Below, one piece after another: positions 10,831 to 19,718 of a stretch of 64,000 nt of DNA. The DNA is from Candidatus Eiseniibacteriota bacterium (GTDB lineage: Bacteria > Eisenbacteria > RBG-16-71-46 > CAVPCR01). The notes below the pieces were generated by a model, which did not search any database, was not told where the DNA came from, and saw only the letters and a list, made by a program, of their open reading frames with translations. Each line of letters starts with the position of its first letter. Positions within the stretch are counted from its first letter, which is position 1. Made by a program: the position numbers and the translations under genes. Location of the stretch: contig CAVPCR010000001.1 of the NCBI GenBank assembly GCA_963702435.1, positions 608,001-672,000 on the forward strand, in the 5' to 3' direction.

Positions 10831-11704
10831 TCAGGCGGCTTCGCTGCCGCCGGCGCGCCGGCGCCGGGCGGCGTTCTCCGCGGCTCCCTCCTCGGCCTGA
10901 GCCTCGACACCAGGAGCCAGTGGGTTCCGGTCGGCCTCGGGGCCCGGACCGGCCGGCGGAGCGGGGCTTGGTGGGCGCTCGGCGAGACGCCCGGCCCGGT
11001 GGGACCGCGGGCCTTCGGGGGAGCGATAGCGACGGACGACGGGACCTCCGGCCTCCCCCTGGTCGCCGAGCGGCAGCGCCTCCTGGCGAGGGCGGGGCGA
11101 TCCCCGGAGGCCGAAGCGATCTTCCTCGCGGGGGCGGCCGGGATCGCGCTCGGAGCCGCCGTTCCGCGACCTGGGCGCGGGACCGGAGGCCGGTTGCGTG
11201 CTTCCCTCCCGCCGCCCTGAACGATCGGGGTACCCACCCCGGGCGGAGCGTTCGTGGTGGCCGTCGCGATCCGGCCGGGGCGCGCGATCGGAAGCGCACA
11301 TCGCGATCGGACCGTGGATCGCGATCGGACCGCGCTTCACGGTCCGCGGAACCACCGCGCCCGGATCCGTCGTAGCCGCGCGGGGCAGGCTCCCGGCCCG
11401 ATCGCCCCACCGAGCGCCGAGCGTCGTTCCGGCCGTTCCCGGCCGGCCGCCGCTCTTCCGGGCCCCGGCCGCGCCCGGCCTGGGCCGCCTCGCGGGCGGG
11501 CGCCGGCGGGAGCGCCAGGTCCTCGATGGGCGGGAGCCCGGCCTCGGCGCGCTGGCGCTCGAGCACTTCCTCCCGGTTCACGCGCACGTCGAGGGGGGCC
11601 TGGATACCCAGCTTGACCTGGCTTCCACGCACTTCGAGCACCGTGATGCGGACCGATTCCTCGATCATCACGCTCTCGCCCGGCTTGCGGGTCAGGATGA
11701 GCAT
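10831..11704 (-). CDS. csrA: Carbon storage regulator CsrA with a long disordered R/D/G/P-rich C-terminal tail; apparent extra-base frameshift at 11292-11293
   Basis: [47 protein letters not shown] is a canonical CsrA domain, with an AGGAG RBS. The tail has 18-bp repeats (RSDRxx) whose third unit is 19 bp. Removing that base gives a 290-aa ORF ending at 10831, just before a hairpin. Uncorrected, the frame ends at 10676. Confidence 0.85.
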
Positions 11705-12250
11705 GCGGAGATCTCCTCTCGGAATGGGCACGGGCGAGAGCCCCCGGGGTGTTCCGCCCCGGACGCTGAGCTCATCCCGGCGCTCTGCGACTGCCGTGTC
11801 GGGCCGACTTGCCGTGTCGCATGCAGCTCGCCGCCGCCGCCCCAATCCATCGCGCCGCCGGCGAACTTCAGTCCCGGTATCGGCGGGCGGCCGAGCGGGG
11901 ATGAGCGCGGGATCGCTTCGCCGGGGCACCCCTGCGCACCCGCCGCATCCGGGGAGCCGCCAGAGCCCCGGCAGGCCGGCCGTGGTAGCATCCCCGCGCT
12001 CCGGCCGGCGCGGGAGAGCGCCGCAGGTGACCGGTCGGACCTCTCTGCTGCCTCGGCGAGCCCGCCGGGCCCTCGCGCGCGGGTGGAGTGAAACTTCAAA
12101 GTCCAAGCCCGGTGTGCGGCTAAGGCCGTCGCCCGCGGATGCCGATAGACCCCGGTGGCAATACATCCCCGCTCTGAGAACCCGGCGGCAGAAGCGTCCC
12201 CGCGCCCGGACTGCGCGGGCCGGCGAGTCTCGATTCGAGAAGGAGATGGC

Positions 12251-13240
12251 ATGAAGGTCCTCGTGACCGGCGGGACCGGGTTCACCGGCAGCCACCTCGT
12301 CAAGCGGCTCCTCGGGCGAGGACACGCCGTCCGCGTGCTCGACAATGCCCCGGGGCTCTTCCACGACGAGCTCAAGGCGGCCGGGGCCGAGATCTGGCTC
12401 GGGAGCGTCACCGACAAGAACCTCGTCCGGCGGGCGGTCGAGGGCAACCAGGTGGTCCATCACCTGGCCGCCGCCTTCCGCAAGATCAACCTGCCGAAGA
12501 GGGAGTACTGGCAGGTGAACGTGGAAGGGACGCGCACGATCGCGGAGGCGTGCCTCGACTTCGGAGTCACGAAGCTCGTCTACTGCTCGACGCAGGGCGT
12601 GCACGGGGACGTGAAGCAGATCCCCGGCGACGAGAACTCACCGATCACGCCGGAGGACTACTACCAGTACACCAAGTACGAGGGCGAGCGCGTGGTGCTC
12701 GAGCTGCTCGACCGCGGCCTCGACGTCGCGATCATCAGGCCGACGGCCATCTACGGACCGGGCGATCCCGGCCGCTTCCTCCTCATCTTCCGGGAGGCGG
12801 CCAAGGGCCGCTTCTACATGTTCGGGAACGGGCAGGCCCGCTACCACCCGGTCTACATCGACAACCTGGTAGACGCCTTCGAGCTGGCCGCCGCCAACCC
12901 GCGCTCGCGCGGGCGTACCTACCTCATCGCGGACGAGAAGTACGTGACGATCGAGGAGCTCGTGCGCGCGATCGCCGCGACTCTCGGCGTGGACCTCAAG
13001 ATGATCCACCTGCCCTTCCGCCCGCTGTGGCTGGCCGGCCTCCTCTGCGAGGGCGCCTGCCTGCCGTTCGGCCTCGAGCCGCCGATCTTCCGCCGCCGCG
13101 TCGACTGGTTCCGTCAGAACCGCGGCTTCCGCATCACCCGCGCCCGCGAGGAGCTGGGCTACGAGCCGCGTGTCGATCTCGAGGCCGGGCTCGCCGCCAC
13201 CGGGCGCTGGTATCGCGACCACCACTATCTGGACCGCTAG
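12251..13240 (+). CDS. NAD-dependent epimerase/dehydratase (extended SDR)
   Basis: GGTGFTG Rossmann motif, YQYTK catalytic motif, IYGPGD; AGGAG RBS. Confidence 0.92.
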   Translation: MKVLVTGGTGFTGSHLVKRLLGRGHAVRVLDNAPGLFHDELKAAGAEIWLGSVTDKNLVRRAVEGNQVVHHLAAAFRKINLPKREYWQVNVEGTRTIAEACLDFGVTKLVYCSTQGVHGDVKQIPGDENSPITPEDYYQYTKYEGERVVLELLDRGLDVAIIRPTAIYGPGDPGRFLLIFREAAKGRFYMFGNGQARYHPVYIDNLVDAFELAAANPRSRGRTYLIADEKYVTIEELVRAIAATLGVDLKMIHLPFRPLWLAGLLCEGACLPFGLEPPIFRRRVDWFRQNRGFRITRAREELGYEPRVDLEAGLAATGRWYRDHHYLDR

Positions 13241-13295
13241 ACCTCGGACCCGGACGCCGGACCGACCCCGGCAGCGCCCGGCGGGAACACCCATC

Positions 13296-15209
13296 ATGTG
13301 CGGAATCGCAGGATTCAACTGGCAGGATCGCGCGCTCTGCGCGCGCATGACCGAGGCGATCGCCCATCGCGGCCCTGACCAGGACGGGGTCTGGGCCGCC
13401 GCCGGCGTCTCGCTCGGTCATCGGCGGCTGTCCATCCTCGACCTCTCGGTGGCCGGCATCCAGCCGATGGTGAACGACGCGGGGACGCTCCGCATCGTCT
13501 ACAACGGCGAGGTCTACAACTTCCAGGAGGTGCGCGCCGATCTCGAGGCGCGCGGCTACGTCTTCCACTCGCGCACCGACACCGAGGTCATCCTCAAAGC
13601 CTACGAGGAGTGGGGCAAGGACTGCCTCGCGCGCCTGAACGGGATGTTCGCCTTCGCCATCCACGACGCGCGGACCGGCGAGCTCTTCCTGGCCCGCGAT
13701 CGAATGGGCGTGAAGCCGCTCTACTACTACTGGAAGGGCGGCCGCTTCCTGTTCGCCTCCGAGATCAAGGCGCTCCTCCAGGCGCCGGAGGTGCCGCGCA
13801 CGCCGGATCCGCAGTCCATCTTCCATTACCTGGGCTACGAGTTCGTGCCGGCCCCGCGCACCATGTTCGAGGGCGTCAACAAGCTCCCGCCCAGCCACTA
13901 CCTGGTTCTGAAGCCGGGCGCCGCGCCCGCGATCACGCGCTACTGGGATGTCCAGTTCGATTCCGACGAGCACGACGCGGACTACTATCGCGAGGGGCTC
14001 ATCGCCCACATCGAATCCGCGGTCAAGAAGCGCCTGATCGCCGACGTGCCGCTCGGCGTCTTCCTCTCCGGCGGCACCGACTCGAGCGCGATCGTCGCCT
14101 TCATGCGCCCGCACGTTCCCGGCGAGCTCAAGGCCTTCAGCCTCGGCTACGCGGACCCCACCTTCTCCGAGCTGCCCTTCGCCCGCCAGGTGGCGAAGGA
14201 GTTCGACTGCACGCATCGCGAGCTCATCATCGAGCCGATCTCGATCCCGCTCATCGAGACCGCCGCCTACTTCCTCGACGAGCCGATGACCGACCTCTCG
14301 ACCATCCCCTTCCTCATGATCTGCCGGCGCGCGCGCGAGGAGGTCACGGTCTGCCTGTCCGGCGAGGGCGGCGACGAGTCGTTCGTCGGCTACGACCGCT
14401 TCCGGGCCTCGCGCTTCAACGAGAAGGTCTTCACGCGGATCCCGGCGCCGCTGCGCCGCTACGTGGTGTCGCCGTTCGTGCACGCCCTCCCCGACCAGCC
14501 GCAGAAGAAGGGCGCGATCAACATCGTCAAGCGCTTCGTCCTCGGGGCGGAGCTCCCGCCGTCGGGCGGCCACATGCGCTGGCAGTACTTCCTCGATCCC
14601 GCGCTCGCTCGCCGGCTCTTCCAGCCGCACGTGCGCGAGATGATCGAGGAGGACCCGTTCGAGCCCATCGCGCGCTGCCTGACCGCCACCCGAGGCCGCG
14701 ACCGCCTCGACCGCGAGATCTACGTGGATCTCCGCTTCACGATGCCCGACTCGGTGCTCATGAAGGTGGACAAGATGTCGATGTCGATCGCGCTCGAGGT
14801 GCGGGTCCCCTTCCTCGACTTCGAGCTGGTGCAGTTCGCAGCCGCGATCCCGGGCCACATGAAGCTCCGGGGCCTCACCACCAAGGCCGTCTTCCGCGAC
14901 GCGCTCAAGGGGCGCCTCCCGGAGAACATCGTGTATCGGAAGAAGCAGGGCTACAGCCTCCCGATCAAGAACTGGCTCCGCGAGGAACTGCGCGACTACA
15001 TGCGCGATCTCCTGAACGACTCCCCCATCATCCGCCACCATCTCGACGTGGACGTCGTGAACCTCCTGATCCGCGAGCACCTGTCCCGCACGCACAACCA
15101 CAACCACATCCTGTGGTCGCTGGTGAATCTCGCCGTGTGGCACAAGATCTTCGTGCTCGAGGAGTTCGAGACGGGGCGGGCGCGCACGCTCGCCGCCGCC
15201 CGGGCCTGA
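13296..15209 (+). CDS. asnB: Asparagine synthase (glutamine-hydrolyzing) family amidotransferase
   Basis: MCGIAG, HRGPD, LGHRRLSILDLS, NGEVYN, FLSGGTDSS, SGEGGDE and EVRVPFLD. Confidence 0.92.
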   Translation: MCGIAGFNWQDRALCARMTEAIAHRGPDQDGVWAAAGVSLGHRRLSILDLSVAGIQPMVNDAGTLRIVYNGEVYNFQEVRADLEARGYVFHSRTDTEVILKAYEEWGKDCLARLNGMFAFAIHDARTGELFLARDRMGVKPLYYYWKGGRFLFASEIKALLQAPEVPRTPDPQSIFHYLGYEFVPAPRTMFEGVNKLPPSHYLVLKPGAAPAITRYWDVQFDSDEHDADYYREGLIAHIESAVKKRLIADVPLGVFLSGGTDSSAIVAFMRPHVPGELKAFSLGYADPTFSELPFARQVAKEFDCTHRELIIEPISIPLIETAAYFLDEPMTDLSTIPFLMICRRAREEVTVCLSGEGGDESFVGYDRFRASRFNEKVFTRIPAPLRRYVVSPFVHALPDQPQKKGAINIVKRFVLGAELPPSGGHMRWQYFLDPALARRLFQPHVREMIEEDPFEPIARCLTATRGRDRLDREIYVDLRFTMPDSVLMKVDKMSMSIALEVRVPFLDFELVQFAAAIPGHMKLRGLTTKAVFRDALKGRLPENIVYRKKQGYSLPIKNWLREELRDYMRDLLNDSPIIRHHLDVDVVNLLIREHLSRTHNHNHILWSLVNLAVWHKIFVLEEFETGRARTLAAARA

Positions 15210-15229
15210 GCCGGGCCGGCACCCCCCGC

Positions 15230-15257
15230 TTGACAGCTTCCCGCCCCGCCTTACCAT
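15230..15257 (+). promoter_or_regulatory. Sigma70-type promoter for ftcD
   Basis: TTGACA-N16-TACCAT, ending 51 nt before the ATG. Confidence 0.6.
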
Positions 15258-15308
15258 GCCCCGGCGTGGTCCGCATGCCGCGGTCCGCGCGAGGCGTGGG
15301 GGGGAGAG

Positions 15309-17018
15309 ATGCTCAAGCTCGTCGAGTGCGTTCCCAACTTCTCCGAGGGCCGCGACCGGAGCGTGATCGACGCGATCACGCGTGCGATCACCGCCGTGTC
15401 GGGCGCCAAGCTCCTCGACGTCGACCCGGGCGCCGACACCAATCGCACGGTGGTCACCCTGGTCGGGCCGCCCGACGCGGTCGTCGAGGCGGCGTTCCGT
15501 GCGATCGCCACGGCGGCCGAGCTCATCGACATGACGAAGCACCGGGGCGCCCATCCGCGCCTCGGGGCGACCGATGTCTGCCCGTTCGTCCCGGTGACCG
15601 GGGTCACCATGGAGGAGTGCGCGGAGCTCGCCCGCCGGCTCGGACGGCGGGTCGGCACCGAGCTCGGGATCCCCGTCTACCTCTATGAATTTGCGGCCAC
15701 GCGCGAGGAGCGGCGGAACCTGGCCACGGTCCGCGAGGGCGAGTACGAGGGGCTCGCAGCCAGGATCGCCCGGCCCGAGTGGCAACCCGACTACGGCCCG
15801 GCCGTGATGAACGCGCGGAGCGGCGCCACCGTGATCGGGGCGCGCGAGTTCCTGATCGCCTACAACGTGAACCTGAACACGATGGATCGCGCTCCGGCCC
15901 AGGACATCGCGCTCACCATCCGCGAGGCGGGGCGCTTGCAGCGCGACCAGCACGGCGAGGCGGTGCGCGACGCGGCCGGGAACGCGCTCCGCGTGCCTGG
16001 CGCGCTCCGCGCGGTGAAGGCGGTGGGCTGGGTCATCGCCGAGAAGCGGCTCGCCCAGGTCTCGATCAACCTCGTGAACTACAAGATCACCCCGCCGCAC
16101 GTCGCCTTCGAGGAGGTGCGGAAGGAGGCGCGGCGGCGCGGCCTCCGCGTCACCGGCTCCGAGCTCGTCGGCTTGATCCCGCGCGAGGCGATGCTCATGG
16201 CCGGCCGCTACTACCTCGAGCAGCAGGGGAAGTCGCCGGGCGTGCCCGAGTCCGAGTTGATCCGCATCGCCGTGCAATCGCTCGGGCTCTCCGAGCTCGC
16301 CCCCTTCGATCCGACGAGGAAGATCATCGAGTACCAGGTCGCGGGCGGCGGCCGCGGGCGTCTCGCGACCATGGGCGTCGGCGAGTTCGCCGACGAGCTG
16401 TCGACCGATGCCCCGGCCCCCGGCGGCGGGAGCGTCGCGGCGCTCATGGGGGGCCTCGCCGCGGCGCTCGCCGCCATGGTCGCCAACCTGACCGTGGGGA
16501 AGAAGGGATTCGAGGCGGCCGGCGCCGAGATGAAGGAGGTCGCGATCGAGGCCCAGGCCCACAAGGACTTCTTCCTCGAGGCGGTGGATCGCGACACCGA
16601 CGCCTTCAACGCGGTGCTGGCGGCCTTCCGGCTGCCGGCGGCGAACGACGAGGAGAAGGCGGCGCGTGCGGCGGCGATCGCCGCGGCGACCAGGGAGGCG
16701 ACCCGCATCCCGCTCCTCGTGCTCGAGCGGACGCTCCCCGTGCTGGCCCTCGCCCGCCGCGCCGCGGAGCGGGGCAATCCGAACGCGCGGAGCGATGCCG
16801 GGGTGGCCGGGCTCGCCGCGCGCGCGGCGGCGCGCGGCGCCTACTACAACGTGCTCATCAACTTGAAGTCGCTCGAGGATCGAGACTGGGTGCGGGAGAC
16901 GCTCGCGGCCGCCGACCACGCGCTCGCGCAGGCCGAGCGCGCGGCCGGCGAGATCGAGGCCATCGTGAGCGAGGAGCTGGCCGGAGCGCTCGATCCGGGC
17001 GCGACGGGCGCGGGCTAG
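15309..17018 (+). CDS. ftcD: Bifunctional glutamate formimidoyltransferase / formimidoyltetrahydrofolate cyclodeaminase
   Basis: LVECVPNFSEGR, HPRLGATDVCPFVP and GAREFLIAYNVN; cyclodeaminase part APAPGGGSVAA, GNPNARSDAGV and YNVLINL. Confidence 0.93.
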   Translation: MLKLVECVPNFSEGRDRSVIDAITRAITAVSGAKLLDVDPGADTNRTVVTLVGPPDAVVEAAFRAIATAAELIDMTKHRGAHPRLGATDVCPFVPVTGVTMEECAELARRLGRRVGTELGIPVYLYEFAATREERRNLATVREGEYEGLAARIARPEWQPDYGPAVMNARSGATVIGAREFLIAYNVNLNTMDRAPAQDIALTIREAGRLQRDQHGEAVRDAAGNALRVPGALRAVKAVGWVIAEKRLAQVSINLVNYKITPPHVAFEEVRKEARRRGLRVTGSELVGLIPREAMLMAGRYYLEQQGKSPGVPESELIRIAVQSLGLSELAPFDPTRKIIEYQVAGGGRGRLATMGVGEFADELSTDAPAPGGGSVAALMGGLAAALAAMVANLTVGKKGFEAAGAEMKEVAIEAQAHKDFFLEAVDRDTDAFNAVLAAFRLPAANDEEKAARAAAIAAATREATRIPLLVLERTLPVLALARRAAERGNPNARSDAGVAGLAARAAARGAYYNVLINLKSLEDRDWVRETLAAADHALAQAERAAGEIEAIVSEELAGALDPGATGAG

Positions 17019-17067
17019 AGCGGGCGGGCCGCGCCCCTCGCGACGCCGGCGGTCAGGGGCAGACGCG

Positions 17068-17102
17068 AAACGAGCGCGGCGGGGTCGCCCCCGCCGCGCT
17101 CG
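17068..17102 (-). terminator. Hairpin terminator between convergent genes
   Basis: 14-bp stem CGAGCGCGGCGGGG / CCCCGCCGCGCTCG with a 4-nt loop; TTT follows on the minus strand. Confidence 0.65.
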
Positions 17103-17156
17103 CTGTCTTCATCTGACTGACCGGGACCCGCGGGCCTCGATCAGGCGCAGAGCAGA

Positions 17157-18194
17157 CTACTTGTACTGGTTCTTGATCTGGCCCCAGGTCGAGGGCTCGA
17201 CCGCCGTCGTTCCGCACACACCGGTCACCTGCGGGAGAGCGATGATGTGCATGTCCTGCGGCTGAACGAGCGTCGCACAGCCCAGTGCGCGGTTGAGGTC
17301 CGTGAAGAGGACGTACGCACCGAAGGCCGGATCCTCGGAGACCGAGATGCCCCACGGGTGGTTCGTCGCATCGGTGCTCGCCACGTTGGTGCAGCTCAGG
17401 TTGTTGTAATCGCAGCTCCCGAGAGCAACCGGGGGCGCGATCCCGACATCCTGGAACTTCCAGAGCTTGGCAACGCCGGTCGTGTTCGCATCCTGCTGGT
17501 TGGCGACGATCGTGCAGTCCGACGCCTGGTACTCGAGGCCCGACGAGCCGGTGCCCCAGTCGATGTCCCACGGGCCGCCGAGCAGAACGGGCGCGGTGCC
17601 GTCCGGAACGTTGGTGTCGAGGACCGCGAACTTCGACAGCGTCCCCGCCGGGCTGTTGCGGAGGATCATCCACAGATGACCGGTCGCGTAGTCCATGGCG
17701 AGGCCCGAGGGCTGGGCACCGCACGTCCCCAGCGCGGGGTACGCGTAGGCACCGATCTCGGCGCCGGCGGCATCCATGTGGACGATTCCGACGAAGCTGG
17801 TCGGATTCGGGCAGACGTCGGCCCAGCTGCCGATCCAGAACTTGCCGCTCGCCGCGCTCTTGTCCCAGGCGAAGCCGCGCGGGACGCTGTTGTCGAAGTT
17901 CGGCCCGGCCGGGAGGATCTGGGCGACCTCGGCGCAGAGCGCGTCCTTGATCAGAACGATGCCGCTCGTCGTGATGAAGCCGCTGACGTTGCCCACCGGA
18001 TTCCACTCGCCGTCGGCGACGAAGCCACCGCCCGGCTCGGTGAAGTTCGAGCAGAAGATGTCGTCGCCGCAGGCAACGAGCGAACTCGGCGTGATCGGGC
18101 CCGAGCCCGGGTCGCCCGGATTCTGGATGTCCAGAACGGCGAAGGCCGCGCTGCTCATGAGCATGCTAACGGCAACCGCAAACAAGACTCGCAT
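17157..18194 (-). CDS. Secreted Cys-rich hypothetical protein (possible beta-propeller) with C-terminal 'AVEPSTWGQIKNQYK' motif
   Basis: Sec signal peptide (…SSAAFA), AAGGAGG RBS, repeated 'G(F/L)A(W/M)D'-type strand motifs, and a TWG tail shared with three other ORFs in the window. Confidence 0.8.
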   Translation of the reverse strand: MRVLFAVAVSMLMSSAAFAVLDIQNPGDPGSGPITPSSLVACGDDIFCSNFTEPGGGFVADGEWNPVGNVSGFITTSGIVLIKDALCAEVAQILPAGPNFDNSVPRGFAWDKSAASGKFWIGSWADVCPNPTSFVGIVHMDAAGAEIGAYAYPALGTCGAQPSGLAMDYATGHLWMILRNSPAGTLSKFAVLDTNVPDGTAPVLLGGPWDIDWGTGSSGLEYQASDCTIVANQQDANTTGVAKLWKFQDVGIAPPVALGSCDYNNLSCTNVASTDATNHPWGISVSEDPAFGAYVLFTDLNRALGCATLVQPQDMHIIALPQVTGVCGTTAVEPSTWGQIKNQYK

Positions 18195-18316
18195 TGGTGG
18201 CCTCCTTGATGCTTGTGATCGATCGACTACAACGGCCGGGTACTAAGGGAAGCGTCCGGTGCGCTGCGGGTGAGGGCCGCCGCGTTGCGATGACCTATCC
18301 ACTCCGCACGACCATA

Positions 18317-18345
18317 AATCTAGCATGCCGGCCGCCGGCCGTCAA
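18317..18345 (-). promoter_or_regulatory. Sigma70-type promoter with extended -10
   Basis: Minus strand reads TTGACG-N17-TAGATT, with TGC immediately before the -10. Confidence 0.65.
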
Positions 18346-18533
18346 CCTTAACTGACAGGATCTTATGGACTTGGGGGAGCAGTGGGGGGGCCGGGCCGGC
18401 GGGTGAAAGGGCCCCGGCGCCGGCCGCCGGGCGCGGGGCCGGAGGGCCGCGATGGATCGGCACCATCGGTCGTCCGGCATATCCCGTTACCGGAGCGCGG
18501 ATTGCCATGCCGGAGCGGGGACGGCAGCGCCGC

Positions 18534-19652
18534 TCAGACCTCTTCCGCCGGCGCGAGGAGGGAGACGCGGGCCGCCGCCGGATCGGCGAGACCGACGAGG
18601 AACCAGTGCACCGCGGCGGTGAGGTTGGCGCTCTGATCGATGGCCTCGATCAGCGCCTCGCAGAGCTCGATGCGCTGCCGGATCAGGGCGGTCGTGAGAC
18701 CGGCCGCGGCGGCGGCGAGCTCGGCGGCGCGATCGGGATTGGTGAGCCGCTCGGCGGGCGCGCCGGCGCGGGCCCGGAGGAGATCCGCGTGCCACAGGGC
18801 GAGGATCGCGGCCAGCAGGCGGAGGCGACTCCGGTCCTTGGCCTGCGCCAGCTCCTGCCCGAGGGCCGCCAGCGCCGGCCCGCCCGCGAGCGCGGTCTCG
18901 AGCACGCCGAGGGCCTCGGCGCGCACCTTCTCGACATCCTCCCCGGCGATGAGGAGGGCCCGGCCGAGACTGCCCGCGGCCATCCCCGCCCCGATCCGGG
19001 CCCGCGCCTGGGCCACGCCCCGCGCCGTGACGAGGACGCGCGCGATCGCGTCCGCCGAGAGCGGGGCGAAGGAGACGATCTGGCACCTGGAGATGATGGT
19101 CGAGAGGAGCGCCTGGGGGCGCGCGGTCGTCAGGATGAGATGGGTCGCCGGCGGCGGCTCCTCGAGGAGCTTGAGGAGCGCGTTCTGCTGCACGGCGAGC
19201 ATGCGATCCGCCTCGCGCACCACGAAGACCTTGGCCCGCCCCTCGGCGAGGCTCATCCCGGCCGCGCGCTTCATCTCGCGCACCTTGTCGATCGAGATGG
19301 AGGCGAAGCGCTCGGTCGGCGGCAGATAGAGGGGGTCGGCGGACCAGCCGCGCATCGCCTCGGCCTCCTCGGCCTCGATCTCGTCCGGCTTCCCCGCTGC
19401 AGGCCATGGGAAGATGAAGCGGATATCGCGATGCGCGAACTTGAGCGCCCGCCTGCAGGAGGGGCAGGCATCGCAGGCGTCCTCGGTCGCGGTCTCGCAA
19501 TTGAGCGCGCGGGCGAAGACGAGCGCGGTGCGTGTCTTCCCGGCGCCCCAGGGCCCCTGGAAGAGGAACGCGCCGGGAACCTGCCCGGACCGGAGCACGG
19601 CCTGGAGCTGCCGCTTGGCGCTGTCCTGCTCGAGGATATCGGAGAAGCCCAC
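18534..19652 (-). CDS. holB: DNA polymerase III subunit delta'
   Basis: FLFQGPWGAGK, Zn motif C..CxxCxxC, H(R)D, NALLKLLEEPP and TIISRCQ. Confidence 0.9.
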   Translation of the reverse strand: MGFSDILEQDSAKRQLQAVLRSGQVPGAFLFQGPWGAGKTRTALVFARALNCETATEDACDACPSCRRALKFAHRDIRFIFPWPAAGKPDEIEAEEAEAMRGWSADPLYLPPTERFASISIDKVREMKRAAGMSLAEGRAKVFVVREADRMLAVQQNALLKLLEEPPPATHLILTTARPQALLSTIISRCQIVSFAPLSADAIARVLVTARGVAQARARIGAGMAAGSLGRALLIAGEDVEKVRAEALGVLETALAGGPALAALGQELAQAKDRSRLRLLAAILALWHADLLRARAGAPAERLTNPDRAAELAAAAAGLTTALIRQRIELCEALIEAIDQSANLTAAVHWFLVGLADPAAARVSLLAPAEEV

Positions 19653-19718
19653 GCGCGATTCTAGGCGCGCACCGGGGGCGGCGGCAAGCCTGGCGGCCGG
19701 ACCCTGCGGCAGGGCCGC

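Noticed and set aside
13296..15209. Lasso peptide cyclase
   Set aside because: It has an intact N-terminal Cys glutaminase domain, with no B1/B2 proteins or precursor nearby. The adjacent epimerase suggests glycan amidation.
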